Source: Candidatus Saccharibacteria bacterium RIFCSPHIGHO2_02_FULL_47_12
GTDB taxonomy: Bacteria > Patescibacteriota > Saccharimonadia > Saccharimonadales > JANWIN01
Assembly: GCA_001790455.1 (NCBI GenBank)
Contig: MGCP01000036.1
Coordinates: forward strand, 353 to 34,191
Length of the DNA stretch: 33,839 nucleotides
Direction of reading: 5' to 3'
The position numbers and the translations under genes are program-made. The notes beneath the pieces were generated by a model. It searched no databases. It saw nothing but the letters and a program-made list of their open reading frames with translations, and was not told where the DNA came from. Of the stretch, positions 24,582-32,200 are shown piece after piece (within the stretch, counting starts at the first letter, position 1; each line of letters begins with the position of its first letter).

Positions 24582-27461
24582 ATGGCAGTACAGAAATCAC
24601 AATTTGCTGTCCTTGAAGAGGACATGCTAAAGATCTGGAAGAAAGAAAAAACCTTCCAGAACAGTTTAGATTTGCGAAAAGGCGCCAAACAGTTCAGCTT
24701 TTATGATGGGCCTCCGTTTGCAAATGGACTGCCACATTATGGCCATGTAGTACCCAGTACCATAAAAGACGCCATGGGACGGTACAAGACCATGCGTGGT
24801 TACTACGTACCACGAGTGGCGGGGTGGGATACTCATGGTTTGCCCGTTGAATACGAAGTAGAAAAACAGTTGGGTATATCTGGCAAAAAACAAATACTAA
24901 AACTTGGTGTAGACAAATTCAACCAAGCCTGCCGCGATTCTGTTTTTCGCTACAAGGGTGAGTTTGAAGATTTTATAAGCAGGTTAGGGAGATGGATTGA
25001 CCTAGAACACCCATACACCACGCTAGATGACAGTTACATAGAAAGTGTGTGGTGGGTTCTCAGCGAACTTCATAAAAAGGATCTGGTATACAGGAGCTTT
25101 CGCAGCATGCCTTACTGTCCGCGCTGCGCAACGCCACTGTCAAACTTTGAGCTAAACCAGGGTTACCAAGACGATGTAGAAGATCCAAGTGTCTACGTAA
25201 CGTTTCCCCTAAAGAGCGATCCAGATACGGCCTTACTGGCCTGGACAACCACCCCTTGGACTCTGTATGCCAATGAGTTACTAGCAGTCAAACCAGACGC
25301 TACCTACGCAACTGTTGAGCTTAAAAACCCGGTAGATATAAACGTCAAGCGGCTGATTTTGGCTAAGAACAGACTAAGTGAATTAGACCTACGCAAGTCA
25401 GAATATAGGGTTGTAAAGACCCAAAAGGGCCAGGAGCTAGTCGGCCAAAAATATGAGCCTTTGTACAAAGTTACAACGTTATCTGCCAAAGACCTAGAGA
25501 ACGCTTACCAGGTTTTACCAGAATCAACTGTAAGCCTAGAGGATGGCACGGGGGTATTGCACGTGGCGCCGCGTTACGGAGAAGTAGACCTAGCCCTAGG
25601 CCTAAAGCACCGTTTGCCGCTTATTAGTAGCGTAGATAATACCGGTCAAATGGTGCCCGAGCTAAACGATGTAGCGGGGCAGTTCTTTAAAGATGCGGAT
25701 CCGCATATAATTGCCCATCTTACTAAGGAAAAGAGAGTGTTTGCAGCTGAAACCATAAAGCATACCTACCCATTCTGCTGGCGGTGTGATTCCCCACTGC
25801 TGCATTACGCCACCCCTAGTTGGTTTGTGAAAGTTACAACATTTACAGATAAGCTGGTCAAAAATAATGAACAAATAAATTGGGTACCGAAACATATCAA
25901 AGCGGGTCGTTTTGGCAACTGGCTGGCCGACGCACGTGACTGGGGAATCTCTAGAAACAGATTCTGGGGAGCACCTTTGCCTATTTGGGTAAACGAAGAA
26001 GATGACACAGACATAATTGTTGTAAGTTCACTAGAAGAACTAAGCAAGCTGTCTGGGCAAGACAAGTTTGATCTACACCGCCCAGGTATAGATATGGTGA
26101 TTATTAAGAAAGACGGCAAGACCTACAAACGCGTAGAAGAAGTGTTTGATTGCTGGTTTGAATCTGGCTCTATGCCCTATGGCCAAGGACACTATCCGTT
26201 TGAAAACAAAGAAGAGTTTAACACCGGGTTTCCGGCGGACTTTATATCTGAAGGGCTAGACCAAACCAGGGGCTGGTTCTATACCTTGCATGTGCTTGCT
26301 ACTGGGTTATTTGACAAACCGGCATACAAAAACGTGGTTTGTCACGGTATTGTCCTGGCAGCAGACGGCAAAAAACTCAGCAAACGCCTGCGCAACTACC
26401 CACCATTAGAAGAGGTTTTTAACACCTACGGTGCAGACATACTGCGTTTCTTTATGCTAAACAGCCCAGTAGTGGTGGGTGAAAACGTTCGCTTTGGCGC
26501 TGACCTACTAAAAGACGTTCAGAGAAACGTATTTATGACGCTACAGAACGTACACAGATTCTTCCAAACTTATACAGGGGTAGACAAGTGGCAACCAGAA
26601 TCATTTGAGTTGCCAAACGCAACCCATGTTTTAGACAGGTGGATCTTAGCTCGACTTCAGCAGACTATAAACGAGGTCACAAAGCAGGCGGATGCCTACA
26701 GGCTAGACAAGGCTACGGATCCACTGGTGTCTTTTGTAGATGACTTGTCGAACTGGTACGTACGCCGCAGCAGGCGCCGTTTCTGGAAGAGCGAGAACGA
26801 CAGTGACAAGCTGGAGGCTTATACCACGCTCCACTACGTTTTAGTTCGCTTAACCCAGCTATTTGCACCCTGGTCACCATTTATAAGCGACCACTTATGG
26901 CGTGAACTTACAAAAGGTCTTAATCTGCCACAATCAGTACATTTGAGCGACTGGCCCAAGGAAGAAGAAGTAGATAACCATGTCATAGAACAGATGGAGC
27001 TAGCCAGGAACTATATAAACGAAGGACTTGGCCAAAGGGCTAGCGCCGGCATAAAAGTCCGCCAGCCTCTAGCTAGCCTAGAGATACCAAGGCTAGACAA
27101 GGAGTTGCAAGCAGTTATTGCCGAAGAGGTAAATGTTAAAGAGGTGGTTGCCGCTAAGGGAAGCAAGGTCGTGCTGGATATACGTCTAACAGAGGACCTG
27201 AAAGCAGAGGGCCTTATGCGCGACCTGGTGCGCCAGATTCAGGAAGCCCGCAAAAAAGCTGGCCTAGAGGTAAGCGACCGCATACACCTAGACGTCAAAT
27301 CAGACGACAAGACGGTTCAAAAAGCCCTAGACGTATTTACAGACGTAATAAAGCTGGAAACGCTAGCAGTAAGCCTCAATGAAGCCCACAAACCATCTAG
27401 CCATGAGTCCCTTGCCAAGGTTGAGGGCAAGGAAGTGGTGATTGGCCTCGCAAAGGCGTAG
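24582..27461 (+). CDS. ileS: Isoleucyl-tRNA synthetase (type 2, eukaryote-like)
   Basis: PFANGLPHYGH (HIGH), the CP1 editing domain, and KLSKRLRNYP (KMSKS). Confidence 0.95.
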   Translation: MAVQKSQFAVLEEDMLKIWKKEKTFQNSLDLRKGAKQFSFYDGPPFANGLPHYGHVVPSTIKDAMGRYKTMRGYYVPRVAGWDTHGLPVEYEVEKQLGISGKKQILKLGVDKFNQACRDSVFRYKGEFEDFISRLGRWIDLEHPYTTLDDSYIESVWWVLSELHKKDLVYRSFRSMPYCPRCATPLSNFELNQGYQDDVEDPSVYVTFPLKSDPDTALLAWTTTPWTLYANELLAVKPDATYATVELKNPVDINVKRLILAKNRLSELDLRKSEYRVVKTQKGQELVGQKYEPLYKVTTLSAKDLENAYQVLPESTVSLEDGTGVLHVAPRYGEVDLALGLKHRLPLISSVDNTGQMVPELNDVAGQFFKDADPHIIAHLTKEKRVFAAETIKHTYPFCWRCDSPLLHYATPSWFVKVTTFTDKLVKNNEQINWVPKHIKAGRFGNWLADARDWGISRNRFWGAPLPIWVNEEDDTDIIVVSSLEELSKLSGQDKFDLHRPGIDMVIIKKDGKTYKRVEEVFDCWFESGSMPYGQGHYPFENKEEFNTGFPADFISEGLDQTRGWFYTLHVLATGLFDKPAYKNVVCHGIVLAADGKKLSKRLRNYPPLEEVFNTYGADILRFFMLNSPVVVGENVRFGADLLKDVQRNVFMTLQNVHRFFQTYTGVDKWQPESFELPNATHVLDRWILARLQQTINEVTKQADAYRLDKATDPLVSFVDDLSNWYVRRSRRRFWKSENDSDKLEAYTTLHYVLVRLTQLFAPWSPFISDHLWRELTKGLNLPQSVHLSDWPKEEEVDNHVIEQMELARNYINEGLGQRASAGIKVRQPLASLEIPRLDKELQAVIAEEVNVKEVVAAKGSKVVLDIRLTEDLKAEGLMRDLVRQIQEARKKAGLEVSDRIHLDVKSDDKTVQKALDVFTDVIKLETLAVSLNEAHKPSSHESLAKVEGKEVVIGLAKA

Positions 27462-27472
27462 TATCTAAAGGA

Positions 27473-27497
27473 AAGGACGCTTGTACAAAGCGTCCTT
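27473..27497 (+). terminator. Hairpin after ileS (no U-tract)
   Basis: AAGGACGCTT-GTACA-AAGCGTCCTT, a 10-bp stem. The downstream sequence is not T-rich, so its role as a terminator or processing site is uncertain. Confidence 0.4.
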
Positions 27498-27523
27498 ATC
27501 TGTTAAACTCTTTCGGTATATTT

Positions 27524-27832
27524 ATGAAAAAAGCAGTAATTACTACCGGTGGAAAGCAGTACCTCGTGTCTGAAGGTGATGAGTTCAATGTGGAACTGAT
27601 CAGCTCAAAAGACAACAAGCTTTCTTTTGAACCTCTTCTAACCATTGACGGAGATAAAGTTACCGTTGGTAAGCCAACAGTCGATGGCTCTAAGGTTAGC
27701 GCTGAAATTATCGAAGCCCAGCTAAAGGCAGACAAAGTGACAGCTATTCGTTATAAAGCCAAAAAACGAGTAAGAAAAGTACACGGCCACAGGCAAAATC
27801 TTACCAAAATAAAAATTACTAAAATCAGCTAA
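27524..27832 (+). CDS. rplU: 50S ribosomal protein L21
   Basis: AVITTGGKQYLVSEGD N-terminus and a basic C-terminus (KKRVRKVHGHRQ). Confidence 0.92.
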   Translation: MKKAVITTGGKQYLVSEGDEFNVELISSKDNKLSFEPLLTIDGDKVTVGKPTVDGSKVSAEIIEAQLKADKVTAIRYKAKKRVRKVHGHRQNLTKIKITKIS

Positions 27833-27858
27833 CTCCATACCTGTTAGTAGCTTCATTT

Positions 27859-27913
27859 GTCACACTTTTTTGCTTTACTTGGTCACACTTCTTCGCTTGA
27901 CTTGGTCACACTT
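27859..27913 (+). repeat. Three GTCACACTT direct repeats at exact 23-bp phasing
   Basis: Copies at 27859-27867, 27882-27890 and 27905-27913. The last two extend to GCTT(T/G)ACTTGGTCACACTT. Confidence 0.85.
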
Positions 27914-27925
27914 TGAGCCGATAAT
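27897..27925 (+). promoter_or_regulatory. Promoter of the 27984 membrane-protein gene
   Basis: TTGACT, 17-nt spacer, GATAAT. The third GTCAC repeat sits in the spacer, 8 nt from the start of the -35. Confidence 0.6.
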
Positions 27926-27983
27926 GGCTCTTGAATAGCATTAGGGGTATAAAAAAGAAACCGGTAAATATACCATAAGTGAT

Positions 27984-28919
27984 ATGAAGAATCTGGCTAA
28001 AAAGTTGACTCAGCATAACAGGGATCCGTTCTATCGGGGTTATTCTTGGACAACCAAGCTTATGTGGCTTTTGCGGTATCTAGGGGGGCGGGCAACAGCG
28101 CAAATAAGGAAGCTACGATGGACTACTTTGATAACAATCCTAGCGATCCTATCTATACTACCCACCAGCATATATGCAGCTAGTATTGCCCAGGGTTATA
28201 CATCGAGCGACAAAGGGTTGCAGGTAGGCATGGCTGCCTCACTAGTAAATCCAGAATCCGGTACTACCGGTGAGGTAGAAGCGGCGACAAACAAAACCCA
28301 GGACAAGTTTGTAGGAATAGTTACAACAAAAGACACAAATTCAGTAGTTATAACTGACAAAAACCAAACGGTTTATATTACAACAGAAGGACAAACTAAG
28401 GCCCTGGTGTCTGATGTAGGGGGTTTAATCAAGCAGGGAGATCATTTAACGCTCTCACCGCTTAGAGGTTACCTCATGAAGGGTAACTCCTCTGACCTAA
28501 AAAGTGTCGCTGTAGCGCTTGAGGACTTTCCCAGTCAAAACAACACCAAGGTAGAGGTAAAGGACGTAGACAATCAAATAAAAGCTGTACAAGCAGCCTC
28601 TATGGGCGTAGAAGTACGCAGACCAGAGTTTGTAGATGTCACCTATAGCAAGCGCCCACTACTAACAAATTTTGCTCGGTCACTAACGGGTAAAGAGGTA
28701 AGCCAGTGGCAGGTAATTATAGCTCTAGTAATCTTCTTTGTACTTTTGGTAGCCATTGGTTCTGTCATATACAGCGCAGTCCACAGCACCATAGAGGCGC
28801 TAGGGCGGAACCCCTTGGCGAAAGCAGACATCTATAAAGAATTTATGCAGGTTTTGCTCATCTCTGTTGCCATATTAATTTTTGGCGGACTGATGATTTT
28901 CGTACTTTTGTGGTTATAG
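27984..28919 (+). CDS. Hypothetical membrane protein (N-terminal anchor, ~170-aa external domain, two C-terminal TM helices)
   Basis: 311 aa. Hydrophobic segments LITILAILSILPTSIYAA, VIIALVIFFVLLVAIGSVIYSAV and VLLISVAILIFGGLMIFVLLWL. No recognisable catalytic motif. Confidence 0.7.
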   Translation: MKNLAKKLTQHNRDPFYRGYSWTTKLMWLLRYLGGRATAQIRKLRWTTLITILAILSILPTSIYAASIAQGYTSSDKGLQVGMAASLVNPESGTTGEVEAATNKTQDKFVGIVTTKDTNSVVITDKNQTVYITTEGQTKALVSDVGGLIKQGDHLTLSPLRGYLMKGNSSDLKSVAVALEDFPSQNNTKVEVKDVDNQIKAVQAASMGVEVRRPEFVDVTYSKRPLLTNFARSLTGKEVSQWQVIIALVIFFVLLVAIGSVIYSAVHSTIEALGRNPLAKADIYKEFMQVLLISVAILIFGGLMIFVLLWL

Positions 28920-28944
28920 TTGGTAGTTAAGTACAAGTTGCCTG

Positions 28945-29016
28945 CAGTGTTGCAAATCATGAATGAAGAAGAGGGTGAATAACCCTATTTCGTAATGTCA
29001 AGATTTTGCAACACTG
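28945..29016. repeat. 12-bp perfect inverted repeat with a 48-nt loop
   Basis: CAGTGTTGCAAA (28945-28956) pairs with TTTGCAACACTG (29005-29016). An inner AGGGT-GAATAA-CCCT hairpin is also present. Confidence 0.6.
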
Positions 29017-29162
29017 TGGATAAGTACGGCAAAACGTCACAACAAACACCTTGAAGATAATATATTTTTTACAACGTTAAAGTACGGGAAACAGATAGGC
29101 ATAAGGGTTATTAATTTCATAAAACCAGGTATTAATTTCTAGGGTAAATTATTAGTGCAAAA

Positions 29163-29214
29163 GTCACGTTTTATATCTTGACGCTGTCACGTTTTGGGCG
29201 GATAATTGTCACAG
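29163..29214 (+). repeat. Three GTCAC direct repeats spaced 23 and 22 bp
   Basis: GTCACGTTTT at 29163-29172, GTCACGTTTT at 29186-29195 and GTCACAG at 29208-29214. Confidence 0.8.
29178..29206 (+). promoter_or_regulatory. Promoter of the giant surface-protein gene
   Basis: TTGACG, 17-nt spacer, GATAAT. A GTCAC repeat sits in the spacer at the same +8 offset as at 27897-27925. 19 of the 26 positions that follow the shared CTTGAC match between the two promoters. Confidence 0.6.
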
Positions 29215-29264
29215 TAACTGAACACAAAATTTAATAAACCAAAAATAACAAAGCTGATACAAAA

Positions 29265-32200
29265 ATGACTAAAACCTGCCAAGCCTGTAACACAGTTTTT
29301 GAAGGGCGCCGTCATGCCAAGACGTGTTCAGACAAATGCCGCAAGCGGATGCAGCGTTTGGCACAAGCGGCAGCCCAAGAGCTTGAACGGGTTGAGGTAC
29401 GTGCCGAAAATACAGTCCGCGATGTCGCCCGTGAAGTGCGGCGGGACGTGCAGACAATAGAGACTTCTTTGGGCAAAGTTGCAGGAAGCCAAGCAGGGTT
29501 TGCGGCTATAGCCGAGCCACTGGTTGCTCCTGGCGTGGCAAAGCAGGCTTATCAGACTCCGTCACAACCTAGACAGACACAGATTGCCAGTAGCCAGCCC
29601 GTAGCACAGACACCCACCATACCTAGCCCGAGCCCAGAAGCAGATGTGACACCAAACATAGTTTCTGACTTGCCGGTGGCACCGGCTCCCAAACAGTCGG
29701 TACCTCAGCCCAAACCAGTAGAACAAACCGTGCAAATTGTGCACGAGCCCATTTCGCAGCCAGCAGCAGCCCCACCACCAATAACTAACACGGCTAGGCT
29801 AGGTATAGACGTAGTACCTGCTAAACCAAACCAGCCAGTACCTGCACCACAACCCAATTCTTCATACAAATCTGTGGATCCGGATTACATACTAACTCCG
29901 GTTGATTCTAACGCTGGGGTATCAAATTTAGCTAAGCCCGCGCAAACCCAACCAAAACCACCGGTTCAGCCTGCTGTAACCCCGCTGACAGGGCAGGCAC
30001 AACCCCAATCAGTGACAATTCCCACACCCCAAATACCAGTATCGACGTCACTGCCAGAAGCCGAATCGCTAGAATCCCAAACCGTTGCCGAGCAAAAGCC
30101 AGATCAGGCCTTTGCTGGCGCTTCAAGCCAGGACAGCCAACAAAACACCTTTGCCAGCCAGTTCCAACCTCAATCACAGACAGAGGCTAAATCCAGCCAA
30201 CCAGAAGCTAGTGGGCTGGTTAAGGCAAAGAAACGTTTGTTTAAAGTAAACAAAACCTTGGTAAAACTTGCTGGGGTTGCTGCTCTGCTAACTCTTTTGG
30301 TCGGTGGATGGGGTCTGTACATAGGCGATCACACCCGACCAGATACGGGCTCTGTTACACAAAGCATACCAGAGCAAACGCTTGGTCTATCTGCCTCGGA
30401 AATAGCTCGTCTAAGCGGTGACTTTCCTTATAACCAACAACAACAACTGTTAGTCCAGGGAGACGGTATATTTACGGGCAACCTAACGGCGGCTAACTTT
30501 GTGGGCGGTGGTGCTGGTTTGACAAGCCTAAATGCCAGCAATATTTCATCTGGCACCATTAGCGCGGACCGTCTGCCAGATAACGTTACGCTGCTTGGCG
30601 ACAGTATTCCGCTTGCCAACCTGCAGGGTTCGGTCGTATCGAGCCTAAACAACGTTACCAACAATGGCGGAAACATCAATCTGGTGGCTGGCGCTAACAT
30701 TACCATAACAGCCGATGATGCCACCGACGCAATTACCATTAGCGCAGATTTGCTGGGTGGCGGCTCTAGCTTTGGCGACATTTTCAACAACGGCCAAACC
30801 GGCCCGGTTCGTATTGGTACAAACGACGCCACGAGCACCATTTTAGAAACCAATGACACAGATCGGCTAACTATAGACAGTAGTGGCACCTTTACGTTTA
30901 ACGGTAGCGCATCTAGCAACATTGTATTTGGCGGGGTAACAGTCTCTGCCGCCGAGCTAAACCTTCTAGACGGCCACGACGTAGCCCTGGTAGACGTAAA
31001 CGACGCCGTAAATACAGCCATAATTGGCACCGGCGCTCTAAACGTCGGTTCTATAACCTCTGGTTTTGGTTCCATAGACACCGGAAGCGACAACATTACT
31101 ACCACCGGAACAGTCTTTGGCAACAACTTTGACCGGTCTAGCGCCGGAGGACTAACCTTTGGTGACACAAATGCGAGCAGTGTTTCTATTTGCAACTCAG
31201 CAAGCTGCGACACCGTGACCATAGGCACCAACACCGATGCCGACATTATATCTATAGGAGACGGCAGCGATACGCTCAATTTGACTGCTGCTACCACCAC
31301 CGTTAGTGGTCACACCAGTGGTGCTGCTAACGCTTTGGTGGTTACCAACTCTACCAGTACCGGCAATATTTTGGTCCTAAATGACAATATAACTACCGTA
31401 GCTACAGTAGCCGATGGCGGTGCAGTGACCTTCCAAAACTCAGCAGACTCTGCTGCGGCATTACGGATTCTAAATGCTGCTGGCACCGGTATTATTACTG
31501 CCGACACCAGTGCCGGCACGGTAAAGCTTGGAACTTCTGGCTCCTTGACCGGTGGCCTAGTATTTCAGCACGCTGTTGGTGCAGGCAGCATAGTCTTGCT
31601 GGGGGATAACCCGGGTGCTAGCAGCTACACCATCACTCTGCCGGCAGCCACCGGATCGGTTTGTCTAACCTCTGGCAACTGTGCTGGTGTAGGTGGCACC
31701 GGCGACTTACTAAACAACGGACAGCCAGGTGCTATCAGGGTAGGCACAAATGACGCCACCAGTTTGTTCTTAGAAACCAACAACACCGATCGCTTGACCA
31801 TTACAAGTGCTGGCAACGCTACCTACGTAGGCGGCACTACTGGCGATGCTCTAACTATCTCTAACTCTACATCTACCGGCAACATCCTGGTGCTACAAGA
31901 CAACCTAACAAACGTGCTAACTATTGCCGATGGCGGTGCAGCTACCTTCCAAAACTCAGTAGACTCAACCACTGGCTTTAGGGTGCTAGATCTAGATGGC
32001 GGTAACCCTGTTCTAAACGTAGACACACTAAACGAAAGGGTTGGGATTGGCCTATCTAACCCCGGCTATGCACTTGATATAAATGGTGATCTGAACCTGC
32101 AGCTGGGCAATGCCTTTCGCATAGGTGGCACAGCTATTTGTACCAGCGGTGGTTGTGCCGCCGAGGCTGGCTCTGCCAACTACATCCAAAACAGTGCTAG

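Noticed and set aside
27859-29214. CRISPR array, because of short direct repeats at regular spacing
   Set aside because: There are only three copies per site. The repeats are 7-10 nt, against 23 nt or more for CRISPR repeats. The spacers are 13-14 nt, the arrays overlap promoters, and no cas genes are present.
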